The notes beneath the pieces were generated by a model. The model did not search any database. It worked only from the letters and a program-made list of their open reading frames with translations, and was not told where the DNA came from. The position numbers and the translations under genes are program-made. 64,000 nucleotides of DNA from the human T2T-CHM13v2.0 reference genome, Homo sapiens, in NCBI RefSeq assembly GCF_009914755.1, contig NC_060933.1; one strand, written 5' to 3'. Below are positions 1-16,790 of this stretch, piece after piece (positions within the stretch are counted from its first letter, which is position 1; each line of letters begins with the position of its first letter).

Positions 1-1150
1 TCATCTTGGGTGGAGTTGGAAGTGTGGTTGGTTGTCCTCATGGTGAAGGGTCAGCCCATAGCTACCTCTGGATGGTGTCAGTGGCTAGGGTGGAAAGCAC
101 AAAGTAGGAGTGCCTCAGGTGGCAGATGTTCCTGTCTTTGTCCAATGTCCCCTGCCCCAACCCAAGAGAAAGGGCTGCTCTGGGCCTGAGGGAGCCGTCT
201 CTGTAAGCAGGGGAGCCGAGCTATCTCTCCTAGCTGCAGACACCTCTGATGTTCTCTGGCTGGCCTGAGCACTTGGCCTCAGAGAATGAGTTTTGCCTGA
301 TCTGGGCAGCCTGAGTAATAATGGCAGCAATGCAGGGAGTAATCTCTCTGTCCAGAAAGTTGAGGGCCTCGCCATGGTGCCTGAGGTGAGAGTAGCGAGC
401 CTGGGACAGGTTCTAGGGGCCACAAAATACGTCACAGTCAGGGAGGCAGATCTGCTTCAGCTTGTCCAGGGAGGGCCACCTAGGGGGGTGGGAGGAAAGC
501 CATCCAGCCAGAAGCCCTATTCCCATGGGCAGGCCCTGGCCAACAACACTAGACAGGACAGGGTGCCAGGACTCAGCCTCAAGATGACTGTGGACCAGGG
601 AGGGGCTGACTTCGCCTCTCTCTGCTCCTAGCAGGGAGAGCACCTCCTCCAGATGTGAGTCAGACCTACCACTTCCTGTTCGACAGAGTATTGGATGGAG
701 AGGTGTATGGCAATGCTTCCTTCTGGATGAAATTACTTCCAAGGGACTTCTTAGAATTCCACCCTTAGAACCATGGAAAATGAGGGCTCTCCTCTTTCTA
801 TTCCACAGGCAGTCATAAGAGAGGGTGGCCCCGCTAAACTAGGGAGTCTTCAGGAGAAATCCCCTTCTCTCTGTCCCTCCTGCCCAATAATCTGGGGAGG
901 TATTTTGGTCACACATCTTTCTGCTCTGGAGGGTTGGAACCTCCTGTAACGCAGCAGAAGACAAATTCAATAAGCCAAGGTCAAAGCTGCTCTAAACGGG
1001 GTCCCCAGCTGGGATGAGGATCAACCACTGGCTGCTCAGAGGGTTGGGTTCTGTCTGGGAGAGCTGGGTTTAAGGGGAGGGACCGCAGGAACATGCTTCT
1101 TGTGGCTGCTACTATTGTTGTGATGGCAGAGCTGGTTCTGCTCCTTATAT
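1..1150 (-). pseudogene. ECM1P1: Processed pseudogene of ECM1 (extracellular matrix protein 1); continues past the left edge
   Basis: Minus-strand translations HSHLEAESW..PPRWPSLDKLKQICLPD..CGP and TLDKDRNICHLR resemble ECM1 (QSHPEPESW..PPGRPSPDNLNQICLPN..YGP; TLDNIKNICHLR). The start codon has decayed to CTG at 1008-1006 (ctggggacc..agagcagc). No introns, several stops and frameshifts. Pseudogene symbol from recall. Confidence 0.85.
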
Positions 1151-1180
1151 GGTTCGTTACATCCAAAAATGGAGCCCTTG

Positions 1181-1534
<354 letters not shown>

Positions 1535-1539
1535 TGATT

Positions 1540-2120
1540 ATAATTCCAAAATCCCCTCTTCTATTATATTTCTCATCTCAGTAACTAGCACCACCATCTA
1601 CCCAATTGTTCAAACCAGAAAGCTGGACATGATCTTTGATTCAGCTTTTTTGCTTACTACCTTCTTGCGTCAGATTCATGAGCCAGTCCTATCACCTCTA
1701 CTTCTTAACTACATCTCTAACATGACCATGTCCCTTCCTCTCCATTGCCATCACCATGATCCACGCCATTGTCATCTGCTGCTCAGACACAGACAATGGC
1801 AGCGTTCTTTTTATTGTTCTCCCCATGTCCTCTTTCAACTCCCTCCAATCTTCACCTCACACAGCAGCCAGAGTAGACAGACTGTCTCTGTGATTCTTGG
1901 GCACAGCGCTCTGTTGATGTCCTTCAGAACACTTGTCACAAGTTAAATATTTATTTTGTTGTTTTGTTGTTGTTGTTCAATTTTTTTTATCTGTCTTCCC
2001 CACTAGATTGTAGCACCACAAGGCAGGGAATCTTGTCTGTTAAGGTCACCATTGCATCCTTCCTGCCCAGCACAGTGCCTGGCACAGAGTAGTTAAATCA
2101 ATAGTTTTTGGGTGAATGGC
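1540..2120 (+). mobile_element. L2 (LINE2) 3' fragments
   Basis: Ends in a typical L2 3' terminus (ccccactagattgtag..cagcacagtgcctggcacagagtag..gtgaatg). Confidence 0.65.
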
Positions 2121-2334
2121 ATTAGGCCAAAGAGTTTTGATTTGAGTCAGTAAGCAATTTGGAGCTAACACACATTGTAAAGAAAAAAAGGACTGAAAAC
2201 ATAAGGATACTTTAGGAAGAATAATGAAGGCGGCTGGATGGAGATTAATTCTGGTTCTCCTTTATTAATAGCTTCCCAGTTGATAGGGCCTAAGGTTGTG
2301 ACATGAAATTTCAAAGGGAGGGGCTGGAATCCTA

Positions 2335-3172
<838 letters not shown>

Positions 3173-3581
3173 CTTGAATATATTGATAAGAAGAGAGAGA
3201 GATGCATTGATGTTGTGAATCTGGTGGGCCAGAAAAATAGCATTACCTGTCTCTTCCGAAAAATGGCATGACTGGGAAGAACCTCAAATTTGAGTGGAAG
3301 ATGAACTCAGTTTTTAAACATGTTGAGTTTGAAATGACCATAAATATTTTCTATGGGCTGCTGAAAAAAGCCTAGCTGGAAACATTTTTTGACATTTTGG
3401 TCAGCAATGGAACAATCACGGAGTTTATTATTACTGATTTCCTTGTTTGTAAGGTCAAGAAATTAACATAGATTCTATAATTCCAGCAGGAAGAAGAGAG
3501 TTAAATTTCTAAGAATCCTAAATTCTGTTCAACAGAATTTAAGAACACAACCAAAGTAATTTTCAACCTAGTTTTAAAAAT

Positions 3582-3750
3582 TTTTATTTTTAGAAATGGG
3601 GCCCCACAGTGTTGCCCAGGCTGGAGTGTAGTGTCTACTCACAGGTATGACCATAGTGCATTACAGCATTGAATTCCTGGGCTCAAGCAACCCTACTGCC
3701 TCTGCCTCCTGAGTAGCTGGTACTATAGGTTTGTGCCACTGCACCTGGCT
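3582..3750 (-). mobile_element. FAM-like fossil Alu monomer
   Basis: Single monomer containing ctactcacaggtatgaccatagtgcattacagc, similar to FAM. Confidence 0.7.
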
Positions 3751-4451
3751 CCATTATTATTATTTTTTTTACATCAAACATGATCATTAATAAGTATACC
3801 ATTATCTATTGGATAATACAAATAATTTATTGTAAGAGTATTTGCCCTGATTTAATTTCTACTTTTGTATATTTTTCTGTGTTTTCTAAACTTTCTATGA
3901 TAATGTAGTATTTTTATAAATCAGGAAAAAATAGGACACTTTTTTTAAGAAAAAGAAAAGACTCACTGTGTCAATTTCTGAATATCTTTGGGTTAAGCTT
4001 TTGCCTTACGTACACTAAACATATGTAAGCACCGAAGCTACAAAATGTTCCCAGAAATCCCTGGAAATTTCCCTCTAAGAAGTACACACATGTTGATATT
4101 TCCTGGAATTCATTGCAGCTAGTTTCCCTTTTCTGGTTTCAGACTGCTTTGGTCCCAAAACTAATTCGGCTGGAATTATACAATAAACCCATTGTTCCAA
4201 TACTTCTCCCTGAAGGGAAAATTCAGGGAATTGTCCTTTTTTAAATTATTACAGTTCCAGACCTAAATATTAGCCATTCTTCTTGATGTGGCTTTGATTT
4301 CTTAGACAACTGTCACATGAAAGGTGTTTTTTATGGGTTTGCTTTACTGTGCTAGGGCTTCTATTTTACCAGCAACCAGTTTGGGATGTGGTGGAGTTGG
4401 GGACATGACAAGGAAGGGGAGTAGAGAACAGTGCATGCCAAATGCAGAGAC

Positions 4452-4750
4452 TTTTTTTTTTTTTTTTGAGACAGAGTCTCACTCTGTCACCGAGGCTGGA
4501 GTGCAGTGGCACAATCTCGGGCTCACTGCAACCTCCACCTCCCGGTCCAAGCGATTCTCCTGCCTCAGCTTCCTGAGTAGCTGGGGTTACAGGCACCCGC
4601 CACCACGCCCGGCTAATTTTTTTGTATTTTTAGTAGAGACGGGGTTTCACCGTGTTAGGCAGGATGGTCTCGATCTCCTGACCTCATGATCCACCCGCCT
4701 CGGCCTCCCAAAGTGCTGAGATTACAGGCATGAGCCACTGCGCTCAGCCT
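4452..4750 (-). mobile_element. AluS (Sc-like)
   Basis: Antisense Alu; TSD gcagaga/tcttttt. Confidence 0.92.
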
Positions 4751-5379
4751 CGCAGAGTCTTTTTTATTGTACTGAAGAATGGTCTACCAGACTTACAGGT
4801 GGACCCCAGGTCAATGACTGGGAAAGACAATGGTCTGGAATGACATTGAGGAATAGTGTACAAAACCGGGTATATTTCACTAGGATGAGAAGGTGGCATA
4901 TTAGGGCTTTATAGCATGAGGGGTTAAGTTTGCTCCCATAACCAATGCATTGCAATATGAGGAAGAAAGAAGTCAACTTGCCATGCAAAAAAGCATGTTT
5001 AAACAGAGTTATCAGGAAATGGACCACAATGCCTCACGTGGCATAAGCTGTCAATCCATGGGGGTTTACAATAAGACCCTAGAAGACCATGCTCTGGGTG
5101 TGGTGTATAGGGGAGCTGTGTGTTGGACAGAGTATTGGGCTTGGTCATCTCCAAGATCCCTCAAGCCCTGAAAACCTATGATTCCATGAATAATTAACAA
5201 CTTAATTGACCTGTAAGCTGATATTAATTCCATAGATCATACATGTTTTTCTCTCAGTTACAGAGTAATCGTTTAGTACCTCTGTGCTGTTTCAAAGATA
5301 ATACGTTTCCAATGTCTTCAATTGCATCAAAACCTGGGGTCTCCATAATATAGAGCCAAATTAAAGACTCTTTGCTTTA

Positions 5380-5665
5380 TCAGTCAAGATAGGCTAGGTT
5401 ATGTTACACTAACAAGCAACCACCAAATTTCAGTAGCTTGAAACCACCTCGGTTCATTTCTCACTCTGGCTGCTTGTCCTTGGGGAGTTGATTGTTGCAA
5501 CATAGTGGTTCCTACTCCAAGACCCAGGCTGATGGAGCAGCTACTGGAAAAATACTGGTTGCCATGACAAAGGAAAAGAGGAGCTTCAGCATGAAAGTGA
5601 CACAAGTAACTTCTGCTCACATTTCATTGGCCAAAGCAAAACACATAGTCACACCTAGGATTGGA
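5380..5665. mobile_element. MLT1-family (ERVL-MaLR) LTR remnant
   Basis: Motifs cccaggctgatggagcagc and cttctgctcacatttcattggccaaagca are typical of old MLT1 LTRs. Confidence 0.6.
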
Positions 5666-5763
5666 TAGGCAACATAGTGCATAGGCCTTATTTTAATGGG
5701 CAAATAAAAATATTTATATTATAAATAGCATATAATTTATAATTTTTAAAAATTTAGATGTGA

Positions 5764-6480
<717 letters not shown>

Positions 6481-7208
6481 TGTGAGTAGAACTTTTGAAA
6501 TGCTTCATGGGGCTTGAAAACGATTTGGTCTTTGTCCTCTTAAGTTGTTTCAGTATTACTGCAGTTAGAGGACAAAAGTCCCCAGAGGAAGATGTAGTCC
6601 TAACTCAATGTAAGGAAAAGGCATACTTCTGAGATGAACACTAACAAGAATCCATGTATCATGGACTGGGTTGGGTTTCTAATACAGAGATTTGCAACAG
6701 GTATGGATTCCAGATGTGTGGAAATATTAAAGGTCTTCTCTTTGGGGTGGCGAGGCAGAGTCTTGGGGTGGTCAGACTCTTAAGCCTGCTGTCTTTGGTG
6801 ATGAGCATCCTCACTCTTCTACTCGAGAGTGCTTACAAATATTATTATATTATCTGTGTGGTTGAGAAGCACTGGCCAGAGCAATGGTTTCTATATTCTT
6901 CAGACTGATGCTGATCTGTGAACAAGTCTTCACCAGCCTAGAGAAAAATGATAAAAATGTGAACATGTAGTGAGGTTTGCATAAATCTAAATGTATTCAA
7001 TTCAAAGGGCTATATTGTATTTTGAAATTATGTCCTTTTCTTGAGAGAAAAAGTTTTTGGTCAATGAAAAATACACAGAAATCTCATTTATCACCTGTCA
7101 GACTGGCAAACATATGAACGTTAAACAGTATACTTTTTTAGTGACATTGTGGAAAAAGAGGTAATTTCCTATGTTGCAGGTGAGAATGCAAAATGATTTG
7201 ACTTATAT

Positions 7209-7870
<662 letters not shown>

Positions 7871-8034
7871 AAGACATCCAACAAGGAAAGGAATGACCTA
7901 CCTGAATTCAAAGCTCCCAGGCATGCCATGCCAAGCACATGTTTAAAGTTTAAAAAATTCTAAGAAAACCTCCTTCTTGTCTCTCACCAGCAGTGAAATT
8001 GTTCAGTCCTCTGAACAGACATTTAATTTACCAT

Positions 8035-8318
8035 GAGGTGGGGTACAGTGGCTCATGCCTGTAATCTCAGCTACTCGGGAGGCTGAGGCAGGAGGACTGC
8101 TTGAGGCCAGGAGTTTGAGACCAGCCTGGGCAATATAACAAGATCCATCTTCAAAAAATATAACAAGAATTAGCTATGCACGATGGCGTGTGCCTGTAGT
8201 ACAAGCTACTTGGGATCGCATGAGCCCAGGAGTTTGAGGCTGCAGTGAGCTATCATTATGCCACTGCACTCCAGCCTGGGTGACAGAGCAAGACCCCAGC
8301 TCTGAATAAATAAATAAA
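8035..8318 (+). mobile_element. AluJ with internal deletion
   Basis: Alu consensus with an (aaat)n tail. Confidence 0.85.
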
Positions 8319-8469
8319 GCAGTGATCTTGCTATATCTAGTCTCCCTAGGCAGCAGAGAACAGAAAGGCACTAATAAAATATGCTCAGGACAAAATTTAC
8401 TCTTCTATACTTTATATAAGATTACAGATAATAACTTTTATTATCAGTATAACTACCAATATGATACTC

Positions 8470-8657
8470 TTATTTTGAACATAACTTTCTTTCTTTTAAA
8501 CGTTATTTTGAACTTTATTTTGAACATTCTTTGTCTTTATTTTGAACTTTCTTTCTTTTGAACTTTCTTTTTTTTTGAACTTTCTTTCTTTTGATCTTTC
8601 TTTCTTTGAACATTTTTTCTTTCTTTATTTTGAACTTTCTTTCCTTCTTTTTTTATT
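8470..8657. repeat. Degenerate T-rich tandem array of TTTTGAAC-containing units
   Basis: Eight TGAAC cores plus TGATC and TAAAC variants separated by T/C runs. Confidence 0.8.
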
Positions 8658-8846
8658 TGCCTCAGACTCCCAGGTGGATTATAGGCACCTCCCACCATGC
8701 CCGGATAATTTTTGTATTTTTTTGTAGAGGCGGGGTTTCGCTATGTTGGCCAGGCGGGTCTCGAACTCCTGACCTCAGGTGATCTGCCCACCTCGGCCTC
8801 CCAAAGTGTTGGGAATACAGGTGTGAGCCACTACACCTGGCCTGGC
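8658..8846 (-). mobile_element. Truncated AluS
   Basis: Antisense left arm plus partial right arm. Confidence 0.88.
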
Positions 8847-8937
8847 TTTCTTTAAATAGAGAAATATACCTTAAGCCCAGAGGGTACTCAGAAGAGTCTT
8901 CAAATCTGAAACAAGAAAAGAAAAACACATAACTTTT

Positions 8938-9250
8938 GGCCAGGCATGGTGGCTCACTCCTGTAATCCCAGCAGTTTGGGAGACCAAGGCGGGCAGATTA
9001 CTTGAGGTCAGGAGTTCGAGACCAGCCTTGCCAACATGGAGAAACCCCATCTCTACAAAAACAAAAACAAAAATTGGCCAGGCATGGTGGCACGTCGCTA
9101 TAATCCCAACTACTCTGGAGGCTGAGGCAGAAGAATTGCTTGAACCTGGGAAGGCAGAGGTTGCAGTGAGCTGAGATTGCACTGCTACACTCCAGCCTGA
9201 GTGACGGAGTGAGACTCTGCCTCAAAAAAAAAAAAAAAAAAAAAAAAAAG
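8938..9250 (+). mobile_element. AluS
   Basis: Full Alu with a long A tail. Confidence 0.92.
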
Positions 9251-9355
9251 GAAAGAAAAAGACATACCTTGCAAATCACCATGAACATATGTGACAATGA
9301 CAGCAGGACTTTTATTTCTAAGGTTGCCAGCTGTGTGGAGGAACTAAAACAATTT

Positions 9356-9735
9356 CAAACATATGAATGTTAAACAATATACTTTTGTAGTGAGATTGTG
9401 GAAAAAGAGGTAATTTCCTATGTTGCAGGTGAGAATACAAAATGATTTGACCCATATTGTGATGGTTTATTTTTTGTGTCAGCTTGACTGGGTTAATGGA
9501 TGCCCAGATAACATTATTGGCCAGGCATGGTGGCTCATGCCTGTAATCCCAGCACTTTGGGATGCTGAGGCAGGCAGATTGCTTGAGCTCAGGAGTTTGA
9601 GACCAGCCTGGACAACATGGAGAAACCTCGTCTCTACAAAAAATACAAAAAAAAATTATTAATAGCTGGGCATAGCAACACACGCCTGTAGTCCCAGGTA
9701 CTCGGGAGGCTGAGGTGGGAGAATTGCTTGATCCC
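9356..9735 (+). repeat. Local dispersed duplicate of 7107-7484
   Basis: About 380 bp; by hand I count about 18 substitutions plus one 2-bp indel. Spans flank/MLT2/AluJ junctions. Confidence 0.93.
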
Positions 9736-10059
9736 TTCTTGAAAAGGTAATCCTTTCTCCTTTCTTGAAAATAGGAACTTCTTGATGTAAAGTGTATCTA
9801 CCATTTGTTCTTTTTTGTTTCCATTATTGTCATGATAAAATATGTAACTTAATGCTACATATGTATAAGCCAAATCCAGGATTTCTGTGGCAGTATCAAA
9901 TGCAGCAACTTTTAAATACGGAAAGCAACCCCATGGTAATGATTTACATCATTTAAGTTTCGTTTGCTTATTCAATAAATATATATGTAGCATTTCTTAT
10001 ATTCCAGTATAAGGCTAGGTATTGCTTTTATTTTATTTTTTAACCTTTAAATCACATTT

Positions 10060-11079
<1,020 letters not shown>

Positions 11080-11080
<1 letters not shown>

Positions 11081-11408
11081 TTTTTCTTTCTTTTTTTGAG
11101 ATGGAGTATCTCTCTGTCATCCAGGCTAGAATGCAGTGGCACAATCTCAGCTCACTGAAATCTCCGCCTCCCAGGTTCAAGCAATTCTCCTGTCTCAGCC
11201 CTCCAAGTAGCTGGGTCTATAGGCATGCACTACTACACCTGGCTAATTTTTGTATTTTTAGTGAAGACAGGGTTTCACCATGTTGACCAGGCTTGTCTCA
11301 AACTCCTGACCTCAGGTGATCCATTCCAGGATGATCTCAAACTCCTGACCTCAGGTGATCCAGCCTCCTAAAGTGCTGGGTTTACAGCGTGAGCCACCGT
11401 GCCTGGCC
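11080..11408 (-). mobile_element. AluS with a short internal duplication
   Basis: tctcaaactcctgacctcaggtgatcca occurs twice; TSD cttgttgttgttt. Confidence 0.88.
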
Positions 11409-12506
11409 TTGTTGTTGTTTCTTAAGGTGGGTAGGAGGAGGTGGACCAAGATGGCTGAATAGAAGGCTCTACCAATCTTCTCCCTCCCCGACAAGGACAC
11501 CAATTTAACAACTATCTACACAAAAGAAGCACCCTAGTAAGAACCAAAAATCAGGTGAGCACTCCCTGGATTTGGTTTTAACTTTATATTTCTGAAAGAG
11601 GCACTCAGGAGGGTAAGAGAGACAGTCTTGAATTGCTTGATGTCACCTCTCTGCCATCCCCTGGCAGCAGCTGCCTGGTGCAGAGAATCTGTGCATTTGG
11701 GAGAGGGAGAGCACAGCACTGTGAGACATTGAATTGAATTCAGTGGTGTCCCGTCATCGCAGAAAGCCAAACTAGGCTGAACTCAGCTGACGTCTACCAT
11801 GGTGGGAGCAAGAGAGGAACTGTCCTTCTGAGTGGTAGGAATGCAAGTTCCAGCAAGCCTCTCACCATGGGCTAAAGTGCTCTGGGGTTCTATGTAAACC
11901 TGATAGGCAGTCTAGAACACAAGGACTGTAACTCCTAGGCAATGCCTAGGGCTGAACTGGGCTCAGAGCCAGTGGACTGGAGTGCTTGCAACCTACTGAG
12001 ACACCAGCCAGGATGGCTAAGGGACTGCTTGTGCCACCCCTCCCCCAACCCCAGGGTGCACAGCTTACAGCTCCAAGACACCCCTTCCTTCTACTTAAGG
12101 TGAGGAGACAGAAGAGTAAAGAAGACTTTGTCTTGTACCTTGGATACCAGCCCAGCTCTAGGAGAATAGGGCAACGGTTAGAGTTTTGAGTCCCCTTGGA
12201 ATTTGATATTTCTAGACATATCCTGGGTCAGAAGAGAACCTACTGCCTTGAAGGGTAGGACCCAGTTTTGGCAGGACTCATCGTATGCTAACTAAAGAGC
12301 CCTTGGGCCCTGATAACCAGCAGCAATACTTAGGTAGTACACCATGGGCCTTGGGTGAAACTTTGAGACTTGTTGGTTTCAGGTGAGACTCAGCACATTC
12401 CCAGCTGTAGTGGCTATGGGAAGAAACTCCTTCTGCTTGAGAAAAGTAAAGGGGATTTTTTAATGTACATATTCTTCTTCTTCTTTTCCTTCTTCTTCAT
12501 CTTCCT

Positions 12507-13260
12507 CTTTTTTTTTTTTTTTTTTGGTGGGGCCACCCCAAAGGGCAGACAGGTTTATTGGACAGCAGCTGGAAATCAGTGGTTGGACTTGGCCACATGC
12601 TCTAGCTCATCCTTCTTGATGACATAGGAGTTGGAGGAGCCCCTGGTGGCATTGATGAGCTCATCTTCCAGGCACTCAGCAATGGTCTTGATGTTCTGGA
12701 AGGAAGCCTCACAAGTGCCTCTGCACAGCAGCCAGATGGCCTGATTCATGCCATGCAGTGGGTACACGTCCACAGCCTGTCATCTCATGGTCTTGGCTCA
12801 CCCAATGCATGTGGAGTCCTCCCAGGGACCACTGTTGATGATGGCATTCACTAGGACTCGAAGAGTGTTCTCATTCATGAGCAGGTGGATGATCTCAAAG
12901 GCATGCTTGACAATGTGCATGGTCATGGGTTTCTTGCCATTATTGTGGCCATGCATCTTCATGGAGTTAGTGAGGTGCTCCAAGATGGGGCACTGTGTTT
13001 TGTGGAAATGCTTGGAGGGCATACCACCCTGCACTGTGAAGCAGGTACTTGGCATACTTCTCCTTCACTGCAATGTAATCCTTCAGGGAAATGTCATTGA
13101 TCTGCACATCATCGGTGCTCCACCTCCCAAAGAGCTGGATGTTGGGGGTTTCTGCCATCTCTGGTGCTGCTGTCTCCCACTTGGTCATCCTAAGGGCACA
13201 GCCTGAGCATCTCTGTTGCATGGCATGGACCACATGCCACCCTGGCACAGACAGGAAGAG
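12507..13260 (-). pseudogene. RPS5P6: Full-length processed pseudogene of 40S ribosomal protein S5
   Basis: [49 protein letters not shown]...[13 protein letters not shown] in shifting frames (ATG 13188, stop 12576). 5'TOP start ctcttcc at 13260, AATAAA at 12559-12554, poly(A) 12525-12507, degenerate TSD tttttaat(g/a)tac(a/t)t (12457-12470, 13262-13275). Pseudogene number from recall. Confidence 0.95.
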
Positions 13261-14144
13261 CTTTTTAATATACTTCTAATTCACCAAGCACAAAAGCAGA
13301 CTTTTTCTTACACCTTATGTACCAGCTCAGTCACAGGGGGTTACAGCACCAAACTGGCTCTTGAGTTCCCTGATTCCATGACTGGTCTCTGACAGCGCAT
13401 TTCTGGGTGTGTCCTGGGCCATAGGGGAGCCCACTGCCCTGAAGGGTGAGTCCCAGGCCAGGCAGGATGCACCACAAGCTGACTGAAGAGCCCTTGGGCC
13501 CTAAGGGAACATGGGTGGTAGCCTGGCAGTACTCCCATGGGCTTGTGGTAGCCACAGGGTGAGGCTACTCTGCCTGTGGAAAGTACAGGGAAGAGTGGGA
13601 AGCAGTGCATCTTGAGGTTTGAGTGCCAGCTCAGCCACAGTACAATAGAACACCAGGTAGACTGCTAAGGTATTTAATTCTAGTCCCTGGTCCTGGGATG
13701 ACAACAATGGACCCACCTGGGGCCTGGGGGAACTTACCACCTTGAAGTGAAGGACATAGCCTGGTTGGCTTCACCACCTGCTGACTATAGAGGCCCAAGC
13801 CCTTGATTGAACATAGGTAGTAGACAGGTAGTGGTTACAGCATGTCTTGGGTAAGACCAGTCTTCAGGTCTGAACCAGCACAGTACCCGTGGTGGTGGCC
13901 ACAGGAGTGCTTGCATCAATACACCCTCAACTCCAGGTGGCTCAGTACAGAGACTCCATTAGTTTGGGAGAAAGTAAGGGAAGAGAACAAGATTCTCAGC
14001 CTGGTAATCCAAAGAATTCTTCCAGATCTTATCCAAATCATCAAAGTGGTACCTCTACAAGTCTGCAAGAACCACAGCATTACTGAGCTTGAGATGCCTC
14101 CTAATTCAGATGTGGCTTAGATCACAACCCCCAAGTCCTTTTGA

Positions 14145-14440
14145 TTTTTTTTTTTTTTTTTTTGAGACGGAGTCTCGCTCTGTCGCCCAGGCTGGAATGC
14201 AATGGTATGATCTCAGCTCACTGCAACCTCTGCTTCCTGGGTTCAAGTGATTGAACTCAGCCTCCGGAGTAGCTGGGATTACAAGCATGTGCCACCATGC
14301 CCAGCTAATTTTTGTATTTTTAGTAGAGACAAAGTTTCACCATGTTGGCCAGGCTGGTCTCAAACTCCTGACCTCAGGTGATCCACCCGCCTCGGTCTCC
14401 CAGAGTGCTGGGATTACAGGCATGAGCCACCACGCCCAGC
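14145..14440 (-). mobile_element. AluS nested in L1
   Basis: Antisense Alu; TSD cccaagtcct. Confidence 0.92.
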
Positions 14441-14819
14441 CCCAAGTCCTCTTGAATACCTGGAAAGCCTTCCAAAGAAAGACAAGTACAAACAAGCCCA
14501 GACTGTGAAGACTACAATAGATACTTAACTCCTCAATGTCCAGACACAGACGAACATCCACTAGCAACAAGACCATCCAAGAAAACATGACCTCACTAGC
14601 TGAGCTAAATAAGTCACCAGGGGCCAATCCTGGAAAAACAGGATTCCTTTTCAGACAGAGACTTCAAAATAGCTGTTTTGAGGAAATACAAAGAAATTCA
14701 AAATAACACAGAGAAGGAATTCAGAATTCTGTCAGATGAATTTTAAAAAGAGATCAAAATAATTAAAAAGTATCAAGCAGAAATTCTGGAGTTGACACAC
14801 TGTAGAATGCATCAGAGTC

Positions 14820-15126
14820 TTTTTTTTTTCTTTTTTTTTTTTTGAGACAGAGCCTTACTGTGTCGCCCAGGCTGGAGTGTAGTGGCTGTGATCTCAGCTC
14901 ACTGTGACCTCCACCTCCTGGGTTCAAGTGATTCTCCTGCCTCGGCCTCCTGAGTAGCTGGGATTACAGGCACGCGCCACTACACCTGGCTAATTTTTGT
15001 ATTTTTGGTAGAGATGGGGTTTCACTATGTTGGCTAGGGTGGTCTCGAACTCCTGACCTCAGGTGAGCCACCCGCCTTGGCCTCCCAAAGTCCTGGGACT
15101 ACAGGTGTGAGCCACTGTGCCTGGCC
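14820..15126 (-). mobile_element. AluS nested in L1 ORF1
   Basis: Antisense Alu; TSD catcagagtctttt. Confidence 0.92.
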
Positions 15127-16424
15127 ACATCAGAGTCTTTTAATAGCAGAATAGATCAAGCAGAAAAAAGAATTAGTGAGCTTGAAGACAGGCTATTTGA
15201 AAATACATAGAGGAGACAAAAGAAAAAAGAATAAAAAACAATGAGGCATGTCTACAGGATCTAGAAAATAGCCCCAACAGGGCAAATCTAAGAGTTATTG
15301 GCCTTAAAGAGGAGACAGAGAAAGAGATAGGGGTAGAAAGTTTATTCAAAGGGATAATAACAGAGAACTTCCCAAACCTACAGAAAGATATCAGTATCGA
15401 AGTACAAGAAGGTTATAGAACATCCAGCAGATTTAACCGAAAGAAGACTACCTCAAGGCATTTTATCACACTCCCAAAGGTCAAAGATAAAGAAAGGATC
15501 CTAAAAGCAGAAAGAGAAAATAAATAAATAACAAAGAATGGAGCTCCAATACATCTGGCAACAGACTTTTCAGTGGAAACTTTACAGGCCAGGAGAGAAT
15601 GGTATGACATATTTAAAGTGCTGAAGGAAAAAAACTTTCACCCTAGAAGAGTATATATCCAGTGAAAATATCCTTCAAACATGAAAAGGCAATAAAGACT
15701 TTCCAGGGAAAACAAAAGCTGAAGATTACATCATCACCAGACCTGCCCTACAGAAATGCTAAAGGGAGTTCTTCAATCTGAAAGAAAGAATGTTAATGAC
15801 CAAGAAGAAATTATCTGAAGGTACAAAACTCACTAGTAATAGTAAGCACACAGAAAACCACAGATTATAACGCTGTAACTGTGGTGTGTAAACTACTTTT
15901 AAGTAGAAAGAACGAATGATGAATGAATCAAAAATTATAACTATAGCAACTTTTCAAGACATAGACAGCACAATAAAATATAAATAGAAAAAACAAAATG
16001 GTGAAAAATGCAGAGATGAAGTTAAAGTATAGAATTCTTATTAGGTTTTTTTGCTGGTTTATGCAAAGTGTTAAGTTGTAATCAGCTTAAAATAATGGGT
16101 TATAAGACAGTATTTGAAAGCCTCATAGTAACCTCAAATCAAAAAACATACAACAAATACGCAAAAAATAAAAAGCAAGAAATTAAATAATACCACCAGA
16201 GAAAATCACCTTCACTAAAATGAAGACAGGAAAGAAGGAAAGAAGGAGGAGAAGATCACAAAACAACCAGAAAACAGATAACAAAACGGCAGGAGTAAGT
16301 CTACTTAGCAATCATAACATTGAATGTAAATGGACTAAACTCTCCAATCAAAAGACATAGATTGGCTGAATGTATTTTTAAAAAAAGACCCAAGGATGTA
16401 TTGCCTATAAGGAACACACCTCCA

Positions 16425-16790
16425 GTCATAAAAAAGAATGCATTCGTGTCCTTTGCAGGGACATGGATGAAGCTGGAAACCATCATTCTCAGCAAACTAA
16501 CACAGGAACAGAAAACCAAACACTGCATGTTCTCACTCATAAGGGGGAGTTGAACAATGAGAACACATGGACACAGGGAGGGGAACATAACACATCGGGG
16601 CCTGTCACGGGGTGGGGGGCAAGGGGAGGGAGAGCATTAGGACAAATATCTAAAACATGTGGGGCTTAAAACCCAAATGATGGGTTGATGGATGCAGCGA
16701 ACAACCATGGCACACGTATACCTATGTAACAAACCTGCATGTTCTGCACAGGTATCCCAGAACTTAAAGTTTAATTTAAAAAAAAAAGAA
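16425..16790 (+). mobile_element. 5'-truncated L1PA 3' end nested in L1MA ORF2
   Basis: ggacatggatgaagctggaaaccatcattctcagc..cccagaacttaaagt plus A tail. Confidence 0.85.

Noticed and set aside
12471-12525. (CTT)n tract as a notable triplet repeat
   Set aside because: Short and interrupted; simply the decayed poly(A) tail of the RPS5 retrocopy.
12576-13188. RPS5 copy as a functional gene
   Set aside because: Split over three frames with near-complete CpG decay.
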